From Klebsiella pneumoniae (GTDB lineage: Bacteria; Pseudomonadota; Gammaproteobacteria; Pseudomonadales; UBA5518): a stretch of DNA of 64,000 nucleotides. Made by a program: the position numbers and the translations under genes. Positions 49,250 to 58,505 of this stretch are shown piece by piece. Each line of letters begins with the position of its first letter. Positions within the stretch are counted from its first letter, which is position 1. The notes below the pieces were generated by a model. That model was given only the letters and a program-made list of their open reading frames with translations, searched no databases and was not told the DNA's origin. The DNA lies in the NCBI GenBank assembly GCA_945862145.1, contig CAMAXE010000002.1, positions 165 to 64,164 on the forward strand, given 5' to 3'.

Positions 49250-50409
49250 ACAGTCCTCTGGACGATCGCACCCCGCGGAACAAGGCGCTGAAGGCCTTGG
49301 TAAAGTCCGCATTCTCGCTTGCGCGGCTTCCGCGCGGCATTTTCAGTGTTGCGATCGGATGCTCGCTTCTGGTGTCGGTCTATTGGCTGATTTTTGCATC
49401 GGATCTTTACGTGTCCGAGGCTCATGTGATCATCCAGCGCACCGAGCTGAACGGCTCAAGCACGCCTGACATAGGCAGTCTCCTCTCAGGGGCCGTCTCC
49501 GGTCCCAACGCATCGGATCAACTGCTGCTGCGTGACCACTTGCTCTCGCGCGATATGCTTGTAAATCTGGATGGGCGTCTCGAATTACGGAAGCACTTCA
49601 GTGATTGGCGCCGGGATCCTTTCTCGCGCACCTGGTTCGATGATATGCCTCTCGAGCGTTTCCAGGCCTATATGGCAGGCCGCATGCTGGTCGACTATGA
49701 CGAGTACACGGGCGTGCTAGTGATCCGGGCCCTGGCTTTCGATCCCGACACTGCGTACGCCATGGGTGCGGCTTTGGTGGAGGAAGGCGAGAGGCACATG
49801 AATGGCATGGCGCACGCGCTGGCCAATGAGCAAGTCGGTTTTCTTGAAGGGCAAGTGCGCCAGTTGAGCGAGCGCTCCATGGCGGCGCGGCGTTCTCTGC
49901 TGGACTTCCAGAACCGCAATGCGCTGTCGTCACCGGCGAGTGCGGCGCAGACTCTGGAGGGAATCATCGGGCGCATGGAGTCCCAGTTGTCGGATCTCCA
50001 GACCCGCAGGACCGCGCTGTTGGGGTACCTTGTGCCTGCCAGTCCGAGTGTCAAAGAGCTGGATTTGCAGATTGCGGCCACCCGGCAGCAAATCGATCTG
50101 GAGAGCAAGCGGCTCGCCTCACCGGATGGCAACACACTGAACCGTATGCTTGAGGAATATCAGCGGCTCGAGCTAGAAGCGGTTTTCGCGCAGGATTTGT
50201 ACAAGACGGCGCTCGCGGCCCTGGAGCGGGGCAGAATCGAGGCAATCCGTACGCTGAAGAAAGTCTCGGTGCTCCAGGCGCCGAGCCGTCCCGAATACCC
50301 GCTCGAGCCGCGGAGATTCTATAATTCTAGCGTATTCCTGCTGATCAGCCTGCTGGTGGCCGGGATACTCAACCTCGTCGTCGTCATCGTGCGCGACCAC
50401 AGAGACTGA
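49246..50409 (+). CDS. kpsE: capsule export inner-membrane protein (PCP-3, KpsE-like)
   Basis: N-terminal and C-terminal TM helices flank a coiled-coil periplasmic region. LYVSEAHVIIQR near TM1 and SVLQAPSRPEYPLEPRR near TM2 are typical of KpsE/CtrB. ATGA overlap with kpsT. Confidence 0.85.
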   Translation: MNSPLDDRTPRNKALKALVKSAFSLARLPRGIFSVAIGCSLLVSVYWLIFASDLYVSEAHVIIQRTELNGSSTPDIGSLLSGAVSGPNASDQLLLRDHLLSRDMLVNLDGRLELRKHFSDWRRDPFSRTWFDDMPLERFQAYMAGRMLVDYDEYTGVLVIRALAFDPDTAYAMGAALVEEGERHMNGMAHALANEQVGFLEGQVRQLSERSMAARRSLLDFQNRNALSSPASAAQTLEGIIGRMESQLSDLQTRRTALLGYLVPASPSVKELDLQIAATRQQIDLESKRLASPDGNTLNRMLEEYQRLELEAVFAQDLYKTALAALERGRIEAIRTLKKVSVLQAPSRPEYPLEPRRFYNSSVFLLISLLVAGILNLVVVIVRDHRD

Positions 50410-52145
50410 TGCTTATGAGGCGGTTCGCTCTTCTTCTCCTTTCACTGATCGCGGCGGCGCCGTTGACGGCCCAAGTCGATCCGGTTTTCTCCGGTGCTGC
50501 GCTGCTTGGTGCGCCGGCCGTCTCGGTGGATCAGACGGCTGTCGTCCCGGCTGCATCCCCTGAGTCGGCGGTAGTCACCACACAGATTCCTGCAGTCGCC
50601 ACGCCGGCTGCTGATTACCTCGGCAACCTCCGCAGTGATGTGTTCGGTGCCCAATTGTTCACCGGTCGTTTCGCGCGCGAGGGTGCCACACAGTTCAATC
50701 CGGACTACGCAATCTCGGTGGGAGACCGCATCCAGGTGCGTTTTTGGGGTGGGTTCGAATTCGACTCGCTGTTGACGGTGGACCCCAAAGGCAACTTGTT
50801 CCTGCCGCACGTTGGGCCGGTGCAGGTCCTTGGCGTCCGCAATCAGGATCTGCAGCGTGTCATGGAGTCTGCCGTGGCACAGGTGTTTCGCGCCAATGTT
50901 TACAGCTACGCCAGCCTTGCGGCAGCTCAGCCGGTGCGCGTCTTCGTGAGCGGATTTGTCAGCCGCCCCGGGCTCTACGACGGAACCAGCATGGACAGCC
51001 TGCTCCATTACCTCGATCTGGCGGGTGGCGTCGATCCGGAGCGGGGCACCTTTCTGGGCGTTCAGGTGAAGCGCGGCGACACGGTGCGCGCCCAGTTGAG
51101 TCTCTATGATTTTCTGCTCGAGGGCCGTATGCCCATGGTGCAGTTGGCTGATGGCGATGTGATTTTTGTGCCCGGTCGCGGAAACACCGTCTCGGTCACC
51201 GGGCTGGTGCAAAATCCGCGGCGCTTCGAGTTTGCCAGCGAGGCATTGCCCTTGAGCGAGCTCGAGAGACTCGCGAGGCCGCTCGCACAGGCCACACACC
51301 TCAGGGTCACGCGCAACAGCGGCAGCATACGAAATGTCGAGTATTACTCGCTCGAGGAAGCTGCGGGCGTTTCGCTTGGCAGTGGCGACACACTGGAGTT
51401 CACCGCCGACAAAAAGCCCGGGACGATAACGGTCCGTGTCGAGGGTGAGCACCTCAGCCCGCAGGAGTACGTGCTTCCCTATGGCGCCCGGATGGGCCAG
51501 TTGCTCACGAATATCCAGTATTCGGATCGCTCTGATCAGGGCAGTCTCCAGTTGTTCCGCAAGAGTGTGCAGGAACGACAGAAGCAGTTGCTGGACACCG
51601 CTCTGAAGAGTCTTGAGGCCGCGGCCCTCACAGCCCGCTCGGGTACGAGTGACGAGGCAAGGCTTCGCAAGGATGAGGCTGAACTCCTGTTGCAGTGGGT
51701 TGACCGCGCACGCAATATCCAGCCGCTTGGCCAGGTACTGATCGCGGCCGCGGCTTCGCGTGATGACCTGCTGCTGGAAAATGGCGATGTCATCAGGATT
51801 CCGGTCCGCGACGGACTCGTGCTGGTGAGCGGAGAGGTGTTGTTTCCCAACGCAATCGCCTTCGAGTCTGCGATGGAAATTCCCGACTATGTCCGGGGTG
51901 CGGGGGGCTACACGCAGAATGCCGATGCCGCGCGCATCGTGGTTGCACACCGTGACGGCAGCTTCGAGCAAGGCGGCGATAACGGGGGTGTGTTCGGTCG
52001 CGCGACTCCCGACCCCACCGTTCGTGCCGGCGATGAAATTCTTGTGTTGCCCAAAATCGACGTCAAGTCGCGACAAATCTGGAAAGATCTCACGCAAATC
52101 ATCTACCAGATTGCCGTCAGCGCCAGGGTGGTGGTCGACCTGTGA
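50409..52145 (+). CDS. kpsD: outer-membrane/periplasmic polysaccharide export protein (OPX, KpsD-like)
   Basis: Signal peptide MLMRRFALLLLSLIAAAPLTAQ. Poly_export segment (YAISVGDRIQVRFWG...DPKGNLFLPHVGPVQVLG) and SLBB-like repeats. 578 aa. Confidence 0.85.
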   Translation: MLMRRFALLLLSLIAAAPLTAQVDPVFSGAALLGAPAVSVDQTAVVPAASPESAVVTTQIPAVATPAADYLGNLRSDVFGAQLFTGRFAREGATQFNPDYAISVGDRIQVRFWGGFEFDSLLTVDPKGNLFLPHVGPVQVLGVRNQDLQRVMESAVAQVFRANVYSYASLAAAQPVRVFVSGFVSRPGLYDGTSMDSLLHYLDLAGGVDPERGTFLGVQVKRGDTVRAQLSLYDFLLEGRMPMVQLADGDVIFVPGRGNTVSVTGLVQNPRRFEFASEALPLSELERLARPLAQATHLRVTRNSGSIRNVEYYSLEEAAGVSLGSGDTLEFTADKKPGTITVRVEGEHLSPQEYVLPYGARMGQLLTNIQYSDRSDQGSLQLFRKSVQERQKQLLDTALKSLEAAALTARSGTSDEARLRKDEAELLLQWVDRARNIQPLGQVLIAAAASRDDLLLENGDVIRIPVRDGLVLVSGEVLFPNAIAFESAMEIPDYVRGAGGYTQNADAARIVVAHRDGSFEQGGDNGGVFGRATPDPTVRAGDEILVLPKIDVKSRQIWKDLTQIIYQIAVSARVVVDL

Positions 52146-54781
52146 TCCCACGGGGCTACCGCAAGCGGCTTGACCTTTGGGGTGGGCGGCTAACGCTGTT
52201 ACAGCTGGCTTTCGAGAGGCGCCTGTTGCATGCGGTAGGCCTGCGTGCTGCGTATCACCGGCGGGTGGCGCGGTTGGTGCGCGCTACCGGACTTTTCGAT
52301 GCCGGTTGGTACCTGGACTCCAATGCCGATGTTCTCGCCGATGGCGTGGACCCTTTGCTTCACTATGCGTCGCACGGGGATCGCGAAGGTAGACTGCCGA
52401 TGCCCCTGTTTGACCCGATGTTCTATCGGGCGCATGCGGGAGAGCTGGCGGCGGCGACCAATACCCTGCTGCACTACTGCCATGTAGGGCGTTTTCTGAA
52501 GAAACCGGCGAGTGCATGGTTCGATACCGAGTTCTACCTGCGACAGAACCGCGACGTTTCCAGAAGCCGTGCCGATCCCCTGCGTCACTACCTAGAGTGG
52601 GGTGGTGTGGAGGGCCGTTCGCCGTGCAAGGCATTTGATTCAGCGTTCTATCTTCGCAGCAATCCTGATGTTGCGCAGGCGGGAGTGAATCCGCTGCTTC
52701 ACTACCTGCGGTTCGGGCGTCGTGAGGGAAGACTGGTGACGGCCCTTGGTTTGCAGGATCTGGACGCGGTGGGCCTGCCGCTCCCGTATTCCGTCCCCGA
52801 GGGCTGGGAAAACGTGCCTCGAGCCTCAAGCCCCTCAGAGGCGCTTGTCGACGTGGTTGTGCCGGTGTTCAAGGGCCGACCCGAGACACTACGGTGCCTA
52901 CGCAGCGTGCTCGATTCCCGCAACGAGACGCCTTTCGAACTCGTTGTCATCGATGATGGAACCCCTGATCTGCAGTTGCGCGCCATACTCGCCGAGGGTG
53001 CAGAAGCCGGTCTTTTTACGCTGTTGTCCAACCAGGAGAACCTCGGCTTCGTTGCCACCGCCAATCGCGGCATGGAGCTGCATCCAGGGCGCGATGTCGT
53101 GTTGCTGAATGCCGATACCGAAGTCTTTGGCGACTGGATCGATCGTCTTCGTCGCGCTGCAGTGAGCGATCCGCATATTGCAACCGTGACGCCGCTTTCG
53201 AACAATGCCACGATCACCAGTTATCCCCGGTTTCTTCACGACAATCCGTATCCGCTCGAAATCTCCTTTCGGGAACTCGACGCTCTGACCGCGCGAGTCA
53301 ACGCCGCAACCCTTGTCGAGACGCCGACCGGGGTGGGCTTTTGCATGTATCTGCGCCGTGAGTGCCTCCGCGACATCGGCCTGTTCGACCTCGAGGCTTT
53401 TGGGCGTGGCTACGGAGAGGAGAACGATCTTTGCCAGCGAGCAATCCTGGCGGGATGGCGGAACGTGGTTGCAGCAAACATATTCGTGCATCACCTCGGC
53501 AGCGTGTCGTTTCAGGGCGAGCGCACTCGCCGTATCGACGCGGCCATGCGTGTTCTTGGGAGGCGTCATCCTGGCTATCACCGGGACGTGCGCGATTTCA
53601 TCGAGAGAGACCCTCTCGCCGAGGCCAGGCGCCGACTGGACTGGGCGCGCCTTGCCCGGGATGACGGCGAGAGCAGCGTGCTGATGGTTTGCCACAGCAG
53701 GGGTGGTGGTGCGGAGAGGGCCTTGCGCGAGGACGCGGCGCGGATCACAGCGGATGGCCAGAGCGTTTACTTTCTGCGGCCGGTTCCGGAGGTCCTTGAC
53801 AGCGTACAGATCTCGGATCCGCGGCAGCTTCAGCTCCCCAACCAGCCGTATTTCAGCCTTCAATCCCGCGGGGAGCTGGCTGAGGCGTTAAGGGTATTGC
53901 GCGTCTCGCGCATCCTTGTGCATGGCACTGTGGATTTCCCTCTGGCCGCGCCGGCTCAGCTGGTCGAGCTGGCGCGCGAGATCGGCGCTGAACTCGAGCT
54001 CGACATCCACGATTACCAAGTGTTGTGTCCCCGGATCAATCTGGCGGGCGAGGACGGCGTTTACTGTGGCGAGCCCGATGAGGCTGGGTGTAACGCGTGT
54101 CTGCTCAGCAACGGCAGCAAGTACAACGCGCGGAACATCAGCGAATGGCGTGCGGCTCACGCCGGGATGCTCGCTGCGGCATCTGTCGTGCGGGTTCCCG
54201 ACGCCGACGTGAGCGAAAGGCTGCTGCGCTATCACCCGGGACTCCCAATCGTGGTGGAGCCCCACGGTGATCTGGACCTGAGCCGTAACGGGCCTTTCGA
54301 TCCCCTGCTTGGGGACGGGGAGGCTCTGCATGTCGTGGTGATCGGCGCCATTGGCAAGATAAAGGGCTTTGAGCCGCTGTTGGGCTGCGCGCGTGATGCG
54401 CGCGAGCGCGGTCTGCCGCTGCGCTTTGCCGTGCTGGGTTACAGCATGGACGACGCGGCGTTGATTAGCGCCGGCGTTGCCGTCAGCGGTCGCTACCTGG
54501 AGCCAGAAGCCTCGCAGCGTCTGGCGGCGCTGGCGGCCCATCTCGTCTGGCTGCCGTCACTTTGGCCTGAGACTTTCAGTTATACCTTGTCTGTGGCCTT
54601 TGCATCGGGTCATCCTGTCTGGGCCTTTGACATAGGCGCCATTGCGCGTCGGTTGCGCGATATCGGTCGCGAACAGGCCTTGTTGTCGCTGGACTTGCAG
54701 GCTGATCCGCGCGCCATCAACGATCGTTTCCTCGCCTACCGAGAGCGCTGCGTTGCACGGCCGCGCGTGGTTGTGGCCTGA
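52142..54781 (+). CDS. multidomain glycosyltransferase: 4x ~37-aa N-terminal repeats + GT2 domain + C-terminal GT-B (group 1)-like domain
   Basis: GT2 core: VDVVVPVFKGRPETLRCLRSV...ELVVIDDGTPD...NLGFVATANRGM...VVLLNADTEV. The C-terminal ~360 aa has a Rossmann-like pattern (VLMVCHSRGGGAE...HVVVIGAIGKIKGFEPLL). The GTG start overlaps the kpsD stop. Confidence 0.85.
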   Translation: MIPRGYRKRLDLWGGRLTLLQLAFERRLLHAVGLRAAYHRRVARLVRATGLFDAGWYLDSNADVLADGVDPLLHYASHGDREGRLPMPLFDPMFYRAHAGELAAATNTLLHYCHVGRFLKKPASAWFDTEFYLRQNRDVSRSRADPLRHYLEWGGVEGRSPCKAFDSAFYLRSNPDVAQAGVNPLLHYLRFGRREGRLVTALGLQDLDAVGLPLPYSVPEGWENVPRASSPSEALVDVVVPVFKGRPETLRCLRSVLDSRNETPFELVVIDDGTPDLQLRAILAEGAEAGLFTLLSNQENLGFVATANRGMELHPGRDVVLLNADTEVFGDWIDRLRRAAVSDPHIATVTPLSNNATITSYPRFLHDNPYPLEISFRELDALTARVNAATLVETPTGVGFCMYLRRECLRDIGLFDLEAFGRGYGEENDLCQRAILAGWRNVVAANIFVHHLGSVSFQGERTRRIDAAMRVLGRRHPGYHRDVRDFIERDPLAEARRRLDWARLARDDGESSVLMVCHSRGGGAERALREDAARITADGQSVYFLRPVPEVLDSVQISDPRQLQLPNQPYFSLQSRGELAEALRVLRVSRILVHGTVDFPLAAPAQLVELAREIGAELELDIHDYQVLCPRINLAGEDGVYCGEPDEAGCNACLLSNGSKYNARNISEWRAAHAGMLAAASVVRVPDADVSERLLRYHPGLPIVVEPHGDLDLSRNGPFDPLLGDGEALHVVVIGAIGKIKGFEPLLGCARDARERGLPLRFAVLGYSMDDAALISAGVAVSGRYLEPEASQRLAALAAHLVWLPSLWPETFSYTLSVAFASGHPVWAFDIGAIARRLRDIGREQALLSLDLQADPRAINDRFLAYRERCVARPRVVVA
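52292..52732 (+). repeat. four tandem ~37-38-codon repeats within the glycosyltransferase N-terminus
   Basis: The four units are LFDAGWYLDSNADVLADGVDPLLHYASHGDREGR, LFDPMFYRAHAGELAAATNTLLHYCHVGRF, WFDTEFYLRQNRDVSRSRADPLRHYLEWGGVEGR and AFDSAFYLRSNPDVAQAGVNPLLHYLRFGRREGR. Confidence 0.8.
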
Positions 54782-54796
54782 GTCCGGAGCACACCT

Positions 54797-57274
54797 GTGA
54801 CCATGACTGACAATACTGGACGTTCTCTTGAATCGGGCAGGCCGGAGGAAGTCCGTGCGCATGTTGAGCTTGCGTTTGCTCCGAAAGCAGGCAGCTCTCT
54901 GCTTCTGATTGGCTGGATTTTTGACCCCGACAGTCAAGTCCGTGAATGGGCGTTGTACCCGCGCGTGGCTACTAAAGCCAGATCGCTGCATGAGGGCGTC
55001 GACGGTGTCAGGCTTGTCAGGATGCAGCGTGCCGATGTGGCGAAAGCCCTCTCACCGGGCTTTGATGCCGGCGCTGACTACGGGTTCCTGCTCTACCTGC
55101 CGGAGTGGACGTCAGGGTCATCGCTGGTGCTGTCGATTGATGGCGGTGGCGAGATGCCGCTGCGTATTCCGGCGCTGGCCTCGGTCGCTCAAGCGCTCGA
55201 CTGGATGCGCAGGTGCTGGGTGTCTATCGGGTTTGCTATCGTCGAGGTGTCCCGCGGGTGGCATGCGGACACCCTGGCGGTTGAAGGCCTGCGCGAACTC
55301 GTGGAGAGCCACCTCCCCGGCAACGATGGGAATCCTGCGGTCTGGCCTGAAGATTCGGTGCCATCACAGGGTTCCACCGGGCACCTGTCTCCTGGGGTGG
55401 CTAGCGACACCACAGTCAGGGATTTCCCCAGACCTGTCAGGCGGGGCGAGGTTCTTGCGAACGTTGAAATTGCCTTCGCCCCGGAGGTAGGACGCTCGCA
55501 ATTTCTGATGGGCTGGGTCTTTGACCCCGGCAACAAGGTGTGCGAGTGGGTGTTGTACCCGGGCGCCGCTGCTGAGGGTCGCTCGCTGGTTGAAGGCCGC
55601 GGGGGCGTCAGGCTACTCAGGATGCAGCGTGCCGACGTGGCGGCATCGTGGGCGCCCGGCTCCGAGACCTCCGCGGACCACGGGTTCCTGCTCTACCTGC
55701 CCGAAATACCCGAAGGCGCATTGGTGGTGCTGTTGTTTGAAGACGGTGGCCAGATGCCGCTCAGAGTTCCTGCGTTGGCCGCACCGGCTCGGGCACTGGG
55801 TTGGCTGCGCACGCGCTGGGAATGGGCTGGGCCGGCCGTCGCGGAGGTGTCTCGCGGCTGGCGCGCGCCCCCCTGGTTAGTTGAGGGGCTGCGCGACTTG
55901 GCGGAAGCACAATCCTGGCGGGATCATGGGCAGCGTCCTACGTGGATCGAGGAGCCGGGACTTTTCCACGGTTCCATCGATTACGCTTACCCCTTGGGGG
56001 AGCGCGGTCTGTTTATAGTTGGTTGGTTCGCCTGTAGCGCAGGCCCTGTACATGGGCTGCACGTGCTCACCTCCGAGGGTGTGGAACTGGACATCCTGCC
56101 CTCGGCGACGAGGCTTTACCGCGCCGATGTCCTGGCGAGGGTGGAGTCGCGATTCGTGCGCGACAACATGCTTGGTTTTCTGTGTCTCGTCCCGTTTTCA
56201 GTAGCCCCTGGCGATCGGGTGGTCTTGCGCGTCGATCTCGGAGTCATCGGAGAGCGCAGATTGCGTGTGCCGACGCATCGGGTGTCGATTCCCGGCGTTG
56301 CTCTCGCCAAGGAGCTGCTTTGGAGCATCCCCTCGGCGGATCGCTTGCGGCCGGTGCTTCACGAGGTGTTCGAGAGCGGTCTTGGCGATCTCATCGAGTC
56401 CCTCGTGGCGGCAGAGCCGCAGCAGCAGCCTATCGTGCGGGAGCGCCAGTTCGGGGAGCCTCCGGTGGCACCATGTGCCAGCGTAGTGGTGCCTTTGTAC
56501 GGGCGGTTCGACTTTTTGCGGCATCAACTCGCGCACTTCTCCGACGACCCGGAGTTTTCCAATATCGACCTGATATACGTGATCGATGACCCCACGATCA
56601 TCGGTGCCGTCCACGATTACGCAGCGCATTACTATCCAATTTTCGGGAGACCGTTCAGGCTGATCTCGTGTGGCAGGAATTTGGGTTTCGCGGGTGCCAA
56701 CAATCTGGGCGTCGCCCACGCGCGCGCGGCAACCCTTGTACTCCTGAATTCCGACGTGATCCCACAGCACGCGGGCTGGGTGGGCCAGCTGATCGAAGCA
56801 TTGGCGACGCTGCCCCGTGCTGGCGCAGTCGCGCCATTGCTGCAGTTCGGAGACGGCGGTGTGCAGCACGCCGGGATGCTGCCGCGCCGGGATCCGGCGC
56901 TCCCAGGCTTTCTCATGAACACCCACCCCATGAAAGGCCAACCCTGGCGTGGCGGCGACTCTCCTTCGTGGCAGGCGTTGCTCACCGGAGCCTGTCTCTG
57001 TCTGCGCCGCGTTGATTACGAAGCCTGCGGCGGTTTTGACGAGGGATATCTGGTCGGAGATTTCGAGGATAGTGACCTGTGCCTCAGGCTTCGCGGGCGC
57101 GGGCACGACCTCTGGCTGGTCCCCAGTGCCCGCCTCTGGCACCTTGAGCGTCAATCGCAGGTCATCGACAGTATCGAGGGGCCGCGCGCCCTGATTACCC
57201 TTTTCAATGCCTGGCGTTACGGGCGCAAAATACGGCGTGGCGAACTGTTTGATCCTGAGAGCCGCGGAGATTGA
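54797..57274 (+). CDS. glycosyltransferase family 2 protein with three N-terminal copies of an uncharacterised ~150-200-aa domain
   Basis: C-terminal GT2: ASVVVPLYGRFDFLRHQL...LIYVIDDP...NLGFAGANNLG...LVLLNSDVIP...GGFDEGYLVGDFEDSDLCLRLR. GTG 54797 is 8 nt after GGAG; ATG 54803 is the alternative start. Confidence 0.85.
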   Translation: MTMTDNTGRSLESGRPEEVRAHVELAFAPKAGSSLLLIGWIFDPDSQVREWALYPRVATKARSLHEGVDGVRLVRMQRADVAKALSPGFDAGADYGFLLYLPEWTSGSSLVLSIDGGGEMPLRIPALASVAQALDWMRRCWVSIGFAIVEVSRGWHADTLAVEGLRELVESHLPGNDGNPAVWPEDSVPSQGSTGHLSPGVASDTTVRDFPRPVRRGEVLANVEIAFAPEVGRSQFLMGWVFDPGNKVCEWVLYPGAAAEGRSLVEGRGGVRLLRMQRADVAASWAPGSETSADHGFLLYLPEIPEGALVVLLFEDGGQMPLRVPALAAPARALGWLRTRWEWAGPAVAEVSRGWRAPPWLVEGLRDLAEAQSWRDHGQRPTWIEEPGLFHGSIDYAYPLGERGLFIVGWFACSAGPVHGLHVLTSEGVELDILPSATRLYRADVLARVESRFVRDNMLGFLCLVPFSVAPGDRVVLRVDLGVIGERRLRVPTHRVSIPGVALAKELLWSIPSADRLRPVLHEVFESGLGDLIESLVAAEPQQQPIVRERQFGEPPVAPCASVVVPLYGRFDFLRHQLAHFSDDPEFSNIDLIYVIDDPTIIGAVHDYAAHYYPIFGRPFRLISCGRNLGFAGANNLGVAHARAATLVLLNSDVIPQHAGWVGQLIEALATLPRAGAVAPLLQFGDGGVQHAGMLPRRDPALPGFLMNTHPMKGQPWRGGDSPSWQALLTGACLCLRRVDYEACGGFDEGYLVGDFEDSDLCLRLRGRGHDLWLVPSARLWHLERQSQVIDSIEGPRALITLFNAWRYGRKIRRGELFDPESRGD
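54863..55909 (+). repeat. in-frame tandem duplication, period exactly 600 nt (two ~447-nt units plus linker)
   Basis: Unit 1 (54863-55309) encodes VELAFAPKAGSSLLLIGWIFDP...VRLVRMQRADVA...YGFLLYLPE...MPLRIPALA...VEVSRGWHA...VEGLRELVES. Unit 2 (55463-55909) encodes VEIAFAPEVGRSQFLMGWVFDP...VRLLRMQRADVA...HGFLLYLPE...MPLRVPALA...AEVSRGWRA...VEGLRDLAEA. Confidence 0.85.
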
Positions 57275-57275
57275 T

Positions 57276-58505
57276 ATGCGCGTCGTGGTATTCAGCCATG
57301 GTCATCCCACCTTCAACAAAGGTGGCGGAGAAATAGCTGCGTGGAATCTTTACCGCGCCATCGACGCGGCGCCCGGTCACGACGCCTGGTTCATTGCCCG
57401 CAGCGAACGGGCGAATATGCATCTCGGGGCTCACGTCGCGATGCTTGGCGAGCGTGAATTCCTGGTTTCGGGACAAGCCGACTGTGCCGAGTTGAGCGCC
57501 ACGATACCCTTGGATGACGACAGCGATTTTGTCACGCTGCTGCGTGCCATCGATCCGGACGTGCTGCATTTCCATCATTACTACCTGCTTGGACTCGAAA
57601 CGATAAGAGCCGCTCGCCGCGCCTGCCCTCGGGCGCGGATCGTGCTCACGCTGCATGACTACATGGGTATCTGCGCCAATATGGGGCAGATGCTGAAGAC
57701 GAGCGGGACGCTTTGTCATCAGGCAAGCCCGCGCGAGTGCGCGCAGTGCTTTCCCGATCGCAGCCCCGAAGATTTCTTCCTGCGAGAGCGCTATGTTCGC
57801 AATCATTTCGCGCTTGTCGATGATTTCATATCGCCGAGTCGATTCCTGGCGGGGCGTTATGCCGAGTGGGGATTACCGCCCGATCGCCTTCATGTGATCG
57901 AGAACTGCCTTGTCGGCGGAGTCCGGCCACCGTCGCGTGCTATCGCTCCCGGGGAAGGACGCAGCCGCTTCGCCTACATCGGCCAGATCAATCCCTTCAA
58001 GGGCGTCGATCTGGTTCTCGAGGCTTTTGCACGACTGCCGCGCCGTGTTCGTGAGCGGGTCACGCTTGACGTCTATGGGGCGGGTCTTGAGTTGCAAACC
58101 GCGGCATACCGCAGTCGTGTTGATGCACTGCTGGCAGAATCCGGGCGGACGGTACAACTGCATGGAGCCTATGATCAGCGAGAGATTGGCGCCATCCTTG
58201 GTGCGATCGACTGGGTCGTGATGGGCTCTGTCTGGTGGGAAAACTCTCCGCTGGTGATTCAGGAGGCGCACCAATACGGTCGTCCGGTTATTTGTCCTGA
58301 TATCGGCGGTATGTCCGAGAAGGTCGAGGAAGGTGTGGGAGGGCGTAAATATCGCGCGGCCGACGCAGCTTCTTTGGCCTCGCTTGTCGCAAGCGTGCAA
58401 GCCGACGAGACAGGCTACGAAGCGCTGTGCGCCCGGCTGCCAACCCCCGCAGGCTCGGAGGCCTGCGTGCGCAGCCATCTATCGGTATACGGGCCTCGGT
58501 CATGA
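57276..58505 (+). CDS. glycosyltransferase family 4 (GT-B, group 1)
   Basis: MRVVVFSHGHPTFNKGGGEIAA...LHFHHYY...AYIGQINPFKGVDLVLEAF...WWENSPLVIQEAHQYGRPVICPDIGGMSE gives an EX7E-type motif. Confidence 0.85.
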   Translation: MRVVVFSHGHPTFNKGGGEIAAWNLYRAIDAAPGHDAWFIARSERANMHLGAHVAMLGEREFLVSGQADCAELSATIPLDDDSDFVTLLRAIDPDVLHFHHYYLLGLETIRAARRACPRARIVLTLHDYMGICANMGQMLKTSGTLCHQASPRECAQCFPDRSPEDFFLRERYVRNHFALVDDFISPSRFLAGRYAEWGLPPDRLHVIENCLVGGVRPPSRAIAPGEGRSRFAYIGQINPFKGVDLVLEAFARLPRRVRERVTLDVYGAGLELQTAAYRSRVDALLAESGRTVQLHGAYDQREIGAILGAIDWVVMGSVWWENSPLVIQEAHQYGRPVICPDIGGMSEKVEEGVGGRKYRAADAASLASLVASVQADETGYEALCARLPTPAGSEACVRSHLSVYGPRS

